Positions 26,013 to 38,906 of a DNA stretch of 64,000 nt are shown here, piece after piece (the stretch's first letter is position 1; each line of letters opens with the position of its first letter). The notes below the pieces were generated by a model that saw only the letters and a program-made list of their open reading frames with translations, searched no databases and was not told the origin of the DNA. Made by a program: the position numbers and the translations under genes. Source of the DNA: Octopus sinensis (lineage: Eukaryota); the NCBI RefSeq assembly GCF_006345805.1, contig NC_043004.1, forward strand, positions 36,456,001 to 36,520,000, in the 5' to 3' direction.

Positions 26013-28027
26013 CATATGTATGTAATGTAGATAGGTTGGGTCATTGGATGGATGGATAGATAGATAGATATGTATGTATGTACGTACGTACGTATGTATA
26101 TAAAATATTACAATAATAAACGCGCAATATAATTATTTCTGTATTTATATTTCCATTCCGAGCTATGCTGCACAGGCAAACAGATGGATTCCAGATATTT
26201 ATAGATTATGGGACTCTTTTTTTTTTTACTTTTCATTTTTGCTATGGGAAGGGATTGTAAGAATCCCACTCAAGACTTTCCCATTTATGGAGAAAGGGAC
26301 ACTGTAAGGGATATTCCACGTCTCTTCTCGCAGTGTAATATCGCCAATTTAGAGAGAAGCGAGAGATAAGGAGAAAAGGGAAATTATAAATATAGAGGGA
26401 AAGATAGAAAAAGACGATTCCATTAATTAGATTCTACTTTATTTATCGACTGCAGAGAGATAAGGTGCAAATATCTCGCGGGCAGGTTTCAAACTGATCA
26501 TCATAGGGTTCCAGATCTTTTAGTCTTTTAAATGACTTCGAATTCCCTGTCGTTAAATAATCATACAACATTTACATTCCACTTTTATATAATTTGAAAT
26601 AAAAGCAATTTATCTATTAACTAACAAAAGGCACTTAAGACCACCAGTTAGTTATTGATATTTTTAATCAATAATAGTTAAACTAACATAAAAGTTATAC
26701 GCGAGCCTGAGAGAGTGCATCACTGAGCTGCTAAGAGTGTTTTACACCTTTTCCCTAAGCGAGAATTTTTCTCCATTGTAAACTGTAGTGATGCTGCGTT
26801 CAGAAGTTAAAATATGTCACAAACATATTTAAGCTAACCTAATGTTTGTTTAAATATTTATATACACTTTTACAACCATTATATAGCTTGTATATTTCGT
26901 TGTTTTCTTTATAACTTTAGACAACAAATGTCTTGTGTGTCTATGAGTGTGTGTCTGTGTGTGTGTGTTTGTACGTGTGCGTGCGTGTGTGTGTATGTAT
27001 GTATGAATGTGTATGTGTGTACGTATGTGATCGCGTGATACGTTCTCTAGTAATACAAATCTAGTCGCCCACAAAGCTGCATCGTTACCTAAACTGATTT
27101 CTCGCGTTCACTCGACGACACCCACGCACGTGTCAGTATATAATCGTATGTGTCATTTAGCTCTGTGCCTTGTACTCCTTCCTATGAGGGACGAAAGAAA
27201 AATGAAACCTTCTGAGCATTTTCAAAATAATCATCGCCAGCAGCAAATAAAATCAGATCGTTGTTCATTAGAGAAATAAGCGTAAATTTTTAATTTTATA
27301 AAGTTTTGTTTTAGTACAAGTCTTGTAAGTCTCTCAATCAGCAACTGTCATTAAACGGATAGTAATGTCCGTTAATTATATGCCGTTTCCTTTTTCATAA
27401 TACAAGTGTTGTTAAATATATTTTCATAATAAACCATACAACCAGCAGTAAAGTATTTGGCATTCCGTAAATTGCGAAACAAATCTTTATAAAGCATGTG
27501 TTGTAGGACAGATTCTACTTTCACTGCTGACAGAAAACAATAAAATTCTGACACGTTAGCATCAGTTTCGATGCCGAAAACAAAATTAAATAGAAGCTTA
27601 TCGTTTTCCCATCCTCCACCACATCAATTACTTAGAACTTAATTTAACTTCTGTGTGATCTATTAAAGTAAACATCATACAGCGATGACGTAGGGTTTGT
27701 AGGTTCGAAATTGTATGCTCCGAAATTGTTTACATAATTATGCGAATTTTGAAAAGCATGAATGTTACAAGCCCTCATTCGATTAGTCTATAAATTTCGG
27801 TTCTTTAATGCAATTTATAAAATATATCACATCTGCACAAAAATGAGAGACTCTACAAGAAGCAGAAAACTTCATTTCTCAAAATTTCTGTCCATTAACT
27901 GACAAATGTCATGCGAAATTAAAACTGACATACATAAAGAAATTTAATTAAAATATAGTAGATTCTATTGGAAATATTAAAATCAAGTTGCTTTTGAAAT
28001 CGGTCCAGTATCTACGCACACACACAA

Positions 28028-28128
<101 letters not shown>

Positions 28129-28289
28129 GACACAGTTATATTTGAAGACATACACATGTATATCTGTTTCTTTGTGTGTGTGCTCATGTTTCTGTACACA
28201 CGTTAGTTATGACTTACAAACCTATTCTATGTATGCGGGTTTATTTTTATGCTTAATTTTTCCATTTTTCATCTTCTTTTGAGTTTTGA

Positions 28290-28436
28290 TCATATATATA
28301 TATATACACGAATATATATATATATATACACACGAATATATATATATATACACACGAATATATATATATACACACACGAATATATATATATATATATATA
28401 CACACGAATATATATATATATATATTATATACACAC

Positions 28437-28470
<34 letters not shown>

Positions 28471-29276
28471 GAATATATATATATATATATACACACACGA
28501 ATATATATATATATATATACACACGAATATTATATATAACACGAATATATTTATATATACACGAATATATTTATATATACACGAATATATATATATATAC
28601 ACGAATATATAATATATACACGAATATATATATATATACACACGAATATATATATATATACACACGAATATATATATATATATATATACACGAATATATA
28701 TATATATACACACGAATATATATATATATACACATGAATATATATATATATACACGAATATTATATATATACACCGATATATATATATATACACACGAAT
28801 ATATATATATACACACACGAATATATATATATACACGAATATATATATATATACACGAATATATATATATATACACGATATATATATTATATACACGAAT
28901 ATATATATATACACGAATATATATATATATACACACGAATATATATATATATATACGAATATATATATATATATATACACACGAATATATATACATATAT
29001 ACACACGAATATATATACACGAATATATATACATATATACACACGAATATATATACATATATACACACGATATATAATATATATATATATACACGAATAT
29101 ATATATATATATACACGATATATATATATATACACGAATATATATATATACACGAATATATATACATATATACACGAATATATATATATATACACGAATA
29201 TATATATATATATACACGAATATATATATATATCACGAATATATATATATATACACAAATATATATATATATACAC

Positions 29277-29327
<51 letters not shown>

Positions 29328-29522
29328 ATACGAATATATATATATATATATACGAATATATATATATATATATACGAATATATATATATATATACGATAT
29401 ATATATATATACGATATAATATATATATACGAATATATATATATATATATATATACACACGAATATATATATACACGAATATATATATATATATATATAT
29501 ACACACGAATATATATATACAC

Positions 29523-29574
<52 letters not shown>

Positions 29575-29774
29575 CACGAATATATATATACACGAATATA
29601 TATATACACGAATATATATATACACGAATATATATATATACACGAATATAATATACACGATATATATGTACACGAATATATATATATATACACGAATATA
29701 TATATACACGATATATATATACACGAATATATATATACACGAATATATATATACACGAATATATATATACACGC

Positions 29775-29850
<76 letters not shown>

Positions 29851-29880
29851 GAATATATATATATATATATATATACACGA

Positions 29881-29911
<31 letters not shown>

Positions 29912-29970
29912 CACGAATATAATATATATATACATACACGAATATATATATATATATTATATACATACAC

Positions 29971-30004
<34 letters not shown>

Positions 30005-30095
30005 GAATAATATATATAATATATATATATACATACACGAATATATATAATATATATATACATACACGAATATATATATATATATATATATACAC

Positions 30096-30132
<37 letters not shown>

Positions 30133-30137
30133 TACAC

Positions 30138-30207
<70 letters not shown>

Positions 30208-30269
30208 GAATATATATATAATATATAATATATACACGAATATATAGATATATTATATATATATTACAC

Positions 30270-30305
<36 letters not shown>

Positions 30306-30307
30306 GA

Positions 30308-30338
<31 letters not shown>

Positions 30339-30345
30339 ATACACG

Positions 30346-30379
<34 letters not shown>

Positions 30380-30640
30380 GAATATATATATATTATATAC
30401 ATACATACAGGAATATATATATATATACAATATATTACACGAATATTATATATATATATATATATACACGAATATATTATTATATATATATAACACAGAA
30501 TAATATATATATATATATAATATACACGAATATATATATATATATATATATACACGAATATATATATATATATATATATACACGAATATATATATACGAA
30601 TATTATATATATATATACGAATATATATACACGAATATAT
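28290..30640. repeat. Punctuated (AT)n satellite with anchor ACACGAAT, roughly 90-100 units
   Basis: Short conserved anchor separated by variable (AT)n runs. Unit number estimated from length, not counted exactly. Confidence 0.95.
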
Positions 30641-31719
30641 ATATATATATATATATACATACATATATATATATATAGTGTGGGGGGAGTGAGTGAGTGT
30701 GGTGGGAAGAAGAGAATAAGTACAAATAGTGCATGGAATAATCGCATAGAGAGGAAAAAATGTAAACCTTGGTCTTTATTAACAGACAGCGAGGCACCGA
30801 TGTATATTCGAATTTAAATCAATTTGGAGCCTCAGTCAAAAAGTTTGTTCCTTCAAAATGCTTCATTTCTCACAACAGTTGAATTGTTGTGCCAAAATTA
30901 TTAGAAGTAGGCTCGACTCAATGCAACAAGTGAGCGTTTTGACAAGGAAAGGCGTCAGATGTACCACAGTGAAGAGGTTGGCAGGCTAAAGTAACAATTG
31001 TATGCTAGAGACAGCAAGAAAATATTGTGGACGATAGAAATAAAATAAACCACTTCAAATAGATATTCGAGAGTTACATACGTCCACACACATACACACA
31101 AACACACACATACAGACACATACATGCACATGTTTGTACATAGAAGAATAATCAAAACATACGTATTTATCGATACACTCACACAAACCGTATGAACAAA
31201 CATATTACGCATGTATACATACATGCTGTTTCTGTGGATATGAACACATGGACAAGTGCAGAGATCAGTGTACGGTTTAGAGAATCACTTTGCCACTACT
31301 TTGGTCTGGATTCGAGTCCAGGGTGGAGGAAATAGGACAAATGATCCACTCAAGTTTAGAGTTCACCAATAACCTCTGTGTGTGATTACATCTCTCTCTT
31401 TCTTTCTTTCTCTCTCTCTCTCTCTCTCCTCTCTCTCTGCGTGTGTGTGTCTGCCTGTGTGAGCGTGCGTTCGCGTTTACGGTATGTAACTTGTGTAATT
31501 TGTGTTCATGTCTCTTTGTAACTCGCAACGTAGAGTTTCGAGAAATAAAAGTCGGGAAGTAAAGATGAAAATAAGTATTCGTCTTGCAGTGAACGTCTTA
31601 ACCTTTTGGGGTTTGCACCATCATGGCTGCCCTACAAGAATTGATATATCATATTTAGAGGTTTTCGACCGAGACAATCGTTAGTCTTGATAAACACGTG
31701 TGTGTATGCATATACACAC

Positions 31720-31768
<49 letters not shown>

Positions 31769-32973
31769 CACACACACACACACACAATGACTCATACGCT
31801 CACAAAGACACACACACGCAACATATAGCTATATATACATATACACATACATATTTACATATACATATGTACATACATATATATACGTATGTGTGTGTGT
31901 GTGAATAAAATATGAAAAACCGGTTATAAACTGGTTTGAAAATATTCGATATTCATTCGAAACTTTTAGAATCATAGTTACCATATTAAAACTGGAATTT
32001 CACGTTGCTTTATACTACAAAGATTCGAACACTATTTCTTTTATGAGGCCCTTGACACTTTTCTAAATGACTTACTTTCTATGATAGACGTAGATTACTT
32101 TTGAGCACAGTTGTTTCTTTATTGTAACCTTTATAGAGAGGAGATGTATTATTGGATTTGGAACCTACAAGTTTTAGATAAGTGTCATGAATAATCCTCG
32201 CCTGGATATATGCTGTAATTGGATCGATCTTATACACATTTGGTGTAGAATAAATTTAATTCAAACGCCTAATATAATATGCTTCGTGACAAATATCATG
32301 AGGTTTTCACAACAATGTGTTTTCATAAATTTCAAATGAAGACGTTGCTACGTAGACCAAAAGTCCAACATACATCTAAATCAAATTCAATTTCCATTAT
32401 GATAACCTTAGCAACAATTTCGAAGTGTGAACTGGTTTTGGGAAATCAATTCTTTTTCCTTTTTTCTTCTTTTGAATGCTAAGAAAATGACAATGTTGAA
32501 TGTCACTTATTTTCCATGTCTCTGAACGAAGGAATGGAACAACGTATGCCAAGAGACCGAGCAAACAATAGAAGGGAATCAATAGAGATGTAAACTTATA
32601 ATATTACACTTCAGTATCCGAGTGTATAGAATTATAAATAGCAAACAATGGCACGAGTAGAAAAAAATATTATTTAAACGGTGGCTAAGAGATGGGAAAT
32701 CGTGTAAGTAGCTGACAAATTGAGGGATAACAATATTCAAACAATTATTAAGGTTCCTCGTGAATTGTAACCCAGCTATACAGACTACAACGCATAATAA
32801 CAAAAGATGAATGTACACATGCATGTGTGTGTGTATACATATATTTCTATATTACTGTTTGTTTGTTTGTATATGTTTATATATATATATATATTTATTC
32901 ATACCTACATAATTATATGTACATACATACATACACGCATGTCTATACGTACGCACATGTATACGTGTATACG

Positions 32974-33015
<42 letters not shown>

Positions 33016-33231
33016 AAATAGAAAGATGAATAATCTTGTAGTAGATTAATCAAAAGTTTAACCGATACCTTAGTAGCAAAAATCACAGCAGTAAACAGCA
33101 CGGTTGGAGGTACAACCATATGGTGTTGCAACCGTGCGTTGGTGCGGATAATTGAAATTAAAACATTATTGGTGAATTGAAGAAATGGAGAGAACGAAGA
33201 TCTAAAATCGAACCGGACAACAGCATCGTCC

Positions 33232-35745
33232 GAATACGGCCGGCTTTTTAAAACATTGGATACGCCGCCACCTAACCCAAGACTGAAGAAGTTTGAGGAC
33301 GACTTGTGGGACATAGTTAGAAAGATTAAGTTCAGGAAGTCACCCAGGAGAAATGCCCACCTCAGATACCTAGATAAAATTACCAAGGACATTAATAGAA
33401 CGGACGGAGTCCTGGTCCAGTCCGACAAGACCAGGAACACATACAAGATGCCCATTAAGCAGTACCTAGATTTACTCGGTAAAGAGATCAAGAAAAATTA
33501 TAGAAAAACCAATTGGAGTACCCTGAGGAAGGTAAACTTGGAAATTAAGGAATAATATTTAAACACCGAATTCAAATGAGAACTCAGCCGCTTAGCCCCA
33601 AGCAACCCAGATTTATAGTGAAGGACCATAAACCGAACTTCCACACCAACCCAGCGCTAAGACTCATATTCCCTGCTAGATCTGATATCGGGATAATCAG
33701 TAAGTACATTTTAGATAAATATATCCCTAGTTTAGTAAACAAGCTGAAGCTCAGCCTCTGGGCCAACTCCTCGCAGGTAGTGAAGTGGTTCTCTTCCATC
33801 CCCAATAAGAACCGTACTAGGTTCATTCAGTTTGATATCGCCAGCTTCTACCTCACTCGATTAACCCTAGTGTGCTAAATAAGGCCCTCTGGCATGCTCA
33901 CAACAAGGCTGGCCTCACCAGAGAAGAGATAGATATCATTTTAGTTGCCAGGAAATCGTTTATTAAGTTTGATAATAAGTTGTGGATCCGTAAAGATACT
34001 CCCAATGAATTTGATGTGCCTATGGGTAGTTCGGATAGTGCGCAGATAGCGATTTGGTCGGAATATATATTCTCTACGAATTGTCCGACCAATTCCCGGA
34101 GATCGCGGGCGGCCTGTATCGTGACGATTGTCTGTTTTACCTGCAAAACACCACGAACAGAATAGTGCAGAAAACTAAGAGCAGGTTAGCTAGGTTTTTT
34201 AATAGAATGGGCATGAGTATAGTTTGTGATAATGAACTCACCAAGGCTAATTTCCTAGACGTTACACTTAACCTTAATAGCGACTCATACTGCCCTTACC
34301 ATAAGCCTTCCACTAATTTGAAGTATGTCAGTGTCTTCTCAAATCATGCCAAAACCGTAACAGACAATTTGGTTAAAAACATCTCTCTAAGATTGTCTGG
34401 CTTGTCCGCCAGTGCCGATATTTTTATGCAGAAAGCGGAATTTTATAACGCCGCACTATCTAAGGCCGGTTATAGCAGAAGGTAATTTATATTGATCCGG
34501 CCCTTCCGATGCCATCATTCGGTCATCAGGATAGGGCCGTATATAATAACATTAACATTTTAAGTAAGGACGGGAGCGCGGCGGATGCCGGGGTAGTCGC
34601 TCCCGCATTTAATTTAGCGAAAAAGGATAATTATCGGTCCGGGAGGTCTTACACTAACCCAAGACCCGTTATTCATCCGAGAATCACCCACCCGAACGCG
34701 AGAGCTGGCGTCCCGACCCATCACACTGATAGGAATAAGCATATATGGTTTGTAATCCCCTTTGGTAAGCAGATTAGAACTAACCTCCCCCTCATGTTTA
34801 GACAAGCCATCGCCAATAACTTCCCCAGAAATTCCAAATATTACTCCACGGTTAACTCGCATAAAGTTAGGATAGCTTTCTCCAACACTAAAAACCTCGC
34901 CCAGATAATCGCCTCCCATAATAATAGGCTACTTACTAAGACCCTATCACCTTTTTCGGAGGCACAGCCTCTTCCGCTCCCGGTTTAATGCTCAGTAGGA
35001 ATAATTATAGTAGTAATAATGATATGAGAGCCAGTACAGTGACACATAATCTCAGCTCCAGCCAGGGAGTACCCACTAGGGGTATAGTTATAAATAGGGG
35101 TGTTGTGGTTGACGGTAACAATGGGAGTAGGGTAGAGAGCCCCAATAGCATCCCCAGCATCATTTCCCGCAATAGCAGCACCACGGGCAGTAGCAATGAC
35201 AGCACTCTGATAGATAGTGGAGAATCAGGGGTTATTCCTATAGTTAATAGTGACGTAGTGGAAAATAGAGTAGTAAGCGGCTGCAGGTCTCGGAACGAAT
35301 ATAGTGACAGGAACGCAGTTCTAATTTCAGAAACTAATCCTAGCAGAATAAGATTCACGTCGGCGAACTCCAAGATCAAAAACGCCGTCTACCAATGCAA
35401 GGTTTACACGGACTCAGATGTCTTCACTTATGTAGGGGCCTCATCCTCAAGATTGTCTTTGCGTGTCTCCAACCATTACGCAACTTTTCGGGACATGAAC
35501 AAGCGCCAGACCACGGGACTCGGTAAGCTAATATGGCGACTGAAGGATACGAACTTAAGCTACAGGCTGGAATGGTCAATTTTGTCGGTGGCCCTCCCAT
35601 TTGATAGGGGCAGAAGGCAGTGCAACCTTTGTGTCTCCGAACTCTTCCATATTTTGTTTGCCAGAGGCCGGATGGTAACGGGCTTTTACAGTCGGCTTTT
35701 CGATGCCCCCATTGGCGGCGTTACACTTATCTGGCTTTTAAATAG
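33232..35745 (+). pseudogene. Frameshifted PLE polyprotein (reverse transcriptase, thumb, linker, GIY-YIG)
   Basis: Six ORF pieces in shifting frames give SDKTRNTY, KDHKPNF..NP.LRLIFPARSDIG.ISK.ILD, FIQFDIASFY, FDVPMGSSDSA, GLYRDD (34117-34128 YRDD), FLDVTLNL..Y.PYHKP, SNH, IWF..PF, AVYQC..YVG (GIY-YIG equivalent), R..NH, W.IL, CNLC, and in a shifted frame RCPH. Confidence 0.92.
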
Positions 35746-36335
35746 CGTTTATAAATAATACCGGCACCCATAGCCCTTGGTAACAAATTCTGAAATAGCC
35801 TTTAAGATATCTACGATTAACCACTGCAAGGGGAATTACTCCTGTAAGACAAACGGGGCTTGGTTTTTTCACAGCGGGGGGCTTCCTTGACAAGGCAGGC
35901 TTAGATGAACACACACACACATAAAACATAATATATATTTTTTTTTTTTCTGCCGCCCAACGGTTCTCGCGGCAGTAGCCACTGACAGCCGAACGATCAA
36001 ACGCACACACGTACACAAAAAATGTTTTCTACCCCTACGCCAACACACACATATATAGAACAGTATACACACACACACGTCTCTAAGTAGATTTTTTCTC
36101 GCCCCTTATAAAACATCCAATATTCCTTAAATAGTCAGAACTTTATTCTCGGTCACAAAGAACACCCACACACCCTCACCCACATGGTTGACCGATGCCT
36201 GACCCGTTAATTCTTCAGCCACCGGTTCTCAACATACACTGATAAACAGTTTCGCCATGGGCTCTTAGGAGCATAGTTCGATTTGTTTTTGCTCCGCCTC
36301 TGTTCTGTTTTTGTTTTTCCAACGGATTTCCTATT

Positions 36336-36422
36336 TTCTTCCTGAAGAGAAAGACACAATATGGTCCCATTATTCAATCGGATTTTGGTAATTTGTGCCT
36401 TTCGAAACACGTGTAGAATGAA
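36336..36422 (+). ncRNA. Type I hammerhead ribozyme motif, canonical core, in the PLE 3' pseudo-LTR
   Basis: Stem I TTC-TTC/GAA(T)GAA; CTGAAGA at 36342-36348; 55-nt stem II (GAAAG/CTTTC plus CACAA/TTGTG); GAAAC at 36404-36408; palindromic stem III ACACGTGT; GUA triplet, predicted cut after 36415. Confidence 0.88.
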
Positions 36423-36472
36423 ATAAAACGATTTCTGTTCAATCTGCGTTCAGCTCCATTTCTTCAATTCAC

Positions 36473-36514
<42 letters not shown>

Positions 36515-38103
36515 TATAGAAATAGATAGACATACACATGCATATTCACATATACGTATACATATTTATATTACATACGCAGATGAGTATGTGTGTGTGT
36601 TCTTTGTTTTTCAGAATAATTGTTTAATCGGAATTCATGCCAATACTAAACAAAACGTAACGGTACCAAAGCTGTGGTGTTGCTAATACTTCATGTCACC
36701 AGCAGTTTCTGCTGCGGAATTAGCTAGAACACATGACAGGCAGCAGAATGCAAAGGAGGCAATAAATTGGTGGGGGTTTTGGGAGTTTTAGAAATGAAAT
36801 GAAATGGTTATTCCAAAGTTTAGAAAAGGCGAGAACTAAGAAACCATTTCAATGATGTAACAGGGAAATAACTAATTATATTTTCTATCCTTGAACAGAA
36901 TTACTAAAACATTCTGATAATCATTTACAAATTATTCTCGGTTGAATTTACAATTGTTTATCATTGCCATACACAATTTTAAAAGAATTGCCAAAAAAGT
37001 AGAGGATGAAATTATCGTTAACGTATTCTGTATTCATAAATTAGATTTCGGCGGAATATTTTGAAATACAAAGTGCTTAATTAGGATGCTGTACAAGTAA
37101 AGATTGTCTACACTCATGAATATAATATTGCGCTCCAGATACTATTGTATATAGTATACTTGAATTAATAAGTTAGTCATAACTGTAATACGATAATGTG
37201 GTATATTTGAACTAATGATATAATACTTTGCTCTGGTTATGTCTATATAATACAGTTTAATATTATATCATCATATATCAATCTAGTTTATTATAATTTA
37301 TTATAATAAATTACTACACTTTTAAGTTACTGAATTATGAAATAGTTTATAGATATTTTGAAATTAATAATAAATTTTAACGTAAATATCAAAATCAGAA
37401 ATGTAAAGAGAATGAAATAATATTGTATTTTACGTAAATACTTTATTAGAAATATGTGACCTTAGGATATATAGCATATTAGAAGATTTGTTTGAATCGA
37501 AAATAATCAATAATTAATTAGAAATAACAACATAGCTTTAAAATAAGGATATCATCAACTGAAATCAATAGAAGTAAAATGAAACTAGTTACAGTCCATT
37601 GTAAATGAGTGTTTTGCATAGTGTTAATGAGTTTCTGAGAGAAAATCAACAACGTAGTAGTGAGCAGTATGTTACATAACAACAGTAATTGTCTTAATCA
37701 GGATAATATTTGATCTTCGGTAAGATTGTATTCGTCACTGCTGCAGGTTTATTTCTAATAAACCAGAAAAAAAAACTATAAAATTTATTAGAGTATATCC
37801 CAGGGTTAGAAGCTTCCTCATCAGATTTTCTTTCCCATTCAATCTGAGTGCTGTTTAGTTTTACTGAAGAGATGGCATTGCTATAAGGTTTTCAAATCTC
37901 TCACATCCTTTACTTTTCTACAACCAATCTAACGGTTTCTTTTCAATTTGGTATAACATAGGATAGTTGTCTCCCCTATAATTATATATTTTTATATCTT
38001 GCCTATTTTCCAATCTGGCAGGCAGTTATACTGCATCTATAGCTACAGTTGTATATATTCCTCGGAGTTAGTTGATATCGCACCATCTCTCCCCAGGCCC
38101 TCT

Positions 38104-38399
38104 CAGTTCTATATTTAAGAGATGAGGAATTATGTACATTATTTACATTTAACATATAATTGTCTTCATCTTGTTTGTTGTTAACACATCGTTTCGGCTG
38201 ATATATCCTCCAGTCTTCTTCAGGTGTCTTGGGGAAGTTTCGAACCTGGGTTCTCATTCCTAAGGTATTACTACTACTATTATTATTATTATTGTTATTA
38301 TTATTGTTGTTGTTGTTGTTCAGGTCACTGCTTGGAATCGAATTCGGAATCTTGGGGTTAGTTGCCCGCGCTCTTAACCACTACGCCATATACCCATAG
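38104..38399 (-). mobile_element. Composite module: tRNA-like Pol III head, (AAY)n linker, then PLE-type pseudo-LTR with HHR
   Basis: Minus strand 38395-38323 GGGTATATGGCGTAGTGGTTAAGAGCGCGGGC...GAATTCGATTCC (A box, degenerate B box), then a trinucleotide linker, then the HHR at 38228-38183. Confidence 0.75.
38183..38228 (-). ncRNA. Minimal type I hammerhead motif, probably inactivated
   Basis: GACAC CTGAAGA A GACTG-gaggatatat-CAGCC GAAAC GAT GTGTT. Stem I is GACAC/GTGTT. The expected ACGT palindrome reads ACGA (U16.1 to A), and stem II has one mismatch. Confidence 0.65.
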
Positions 38400-38400
38400 G

Positions 38401-38683
38401 CAATTATGCGATGTTCTTCTACCCTTATTTTGAGGAGGCGGCGTGTTTCGTCTTTGTATAACCTACCACAGCTGCATGGGATGGAGTACACGCAGTTCTT
38501 AGTCATATCCTCTTCTATTGGTGGTTTTACTCAGAGATACTTACAAAGTGCTGTATTACTTTTGAATACTGTCCTGATGTCATAAGGGCCGCATATCTTT
38601 TCTATCTTTTCGGAGAGGCCTTTCGCATAGGGTAGACAGACTTTGGGGTAGTTGTTGCTTAACAGATCGTTATTGAGCTTGAT
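38401..38683 (-). mobile_element. Penelope/Poseidon-type PLE fragment (linker and N-half of GIY-YIG)
   Basis: KVCLPYAKGLSEKIEKICGPYDIRTVFKSNTALCKYL*VKPP...KNCVYSIPCSCGRLYKDETRRLLKIRVEEHR, which matches the PY..GLSE.I, VY.IPC.C and Y.G.T.R.L..R..EH motifs. Confidence 0.85.
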
Positions 38684-38906
38684 CCGCCCCCTCAAAATAA
38701 GGGTAGACGAACATCGCAAAGCCGTGACACGAGGAGATTTTGATAAATCGGGTATAGCTGATCATGTATGGAAAAATGGAGACCACCTCCCCCTGTGGGA
38801 TGAAGTTAAAATAATAGACAGAGAACACCACAGGAAAATACGAAAACTAAAAGAAGCAGCACATATGGTAGGACACAACAACCTCCTAAGCAGACCGATA
38901 ATTTAA
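38684..38906 (+). mobile_element. Penelope/Poseidon-type PLE fragment (C-half of GIY-YIG), inverted relative to the adjacent fragment
   Basis: RPLKIRVDEHRKAVTRGDFDKSGIADHVWKNGDHLPLWDEVKIIDREHHRKIRKLKEAAHM (R..EH, S.IA.H, W..V.I, R...EA motifs). Confidence 0.85.

Larger units (their letters stand above)
33165..36479 (+). mobile_element. Penelope-like retroelement (RT followed by C-terminal GIY-YIG endonuclease), with 3' pseudo-LTR and a short inverted pseudo-LTR end at the 5' side
   Basis: PLE RT and endonuclease motifs (see pseudogene entry). 33165-33188 is the exact reverse complement of 36456-36479. An HHR lies at 36336-36422, and the 3' end abuts (TA)n at 36480. Confidence 0.9.

Noticed and set aside
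28290-30640. CRISPR-like appearance of anchor-spacer arrays (also 6431-8108)
   Set aside because: Anchors are only 8-13 bp, spacers are pure (AT)n of variable length rather than unique sequence, the context is eukaryotic, and there are no cas genes.
33232-35745. Assignment to the Naiad/Chlamys clade or selenoprotein coding
   Set aside because: Those elements have an N-terminal endonuclease, whereas here it is C-terminal; the ORF breaks are frameshifts and TAA/TAG, not in-frame TGA.
36228-36275. Second HHR-like motif on the minus strand (CTAAGA GCC-cat-GGC GAAAC)
   Set aside because: Core lacks a base, position 17 is G, and no stem I pairing is present.
38531-38533. In-frame TGA in the Poseidon-type fragment as selenocysteine
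   Set aside because: The position corresponds to a basic residue in an L.VK context; a CGA to TGA CpG decay is simpler, and no SECIS is evident.
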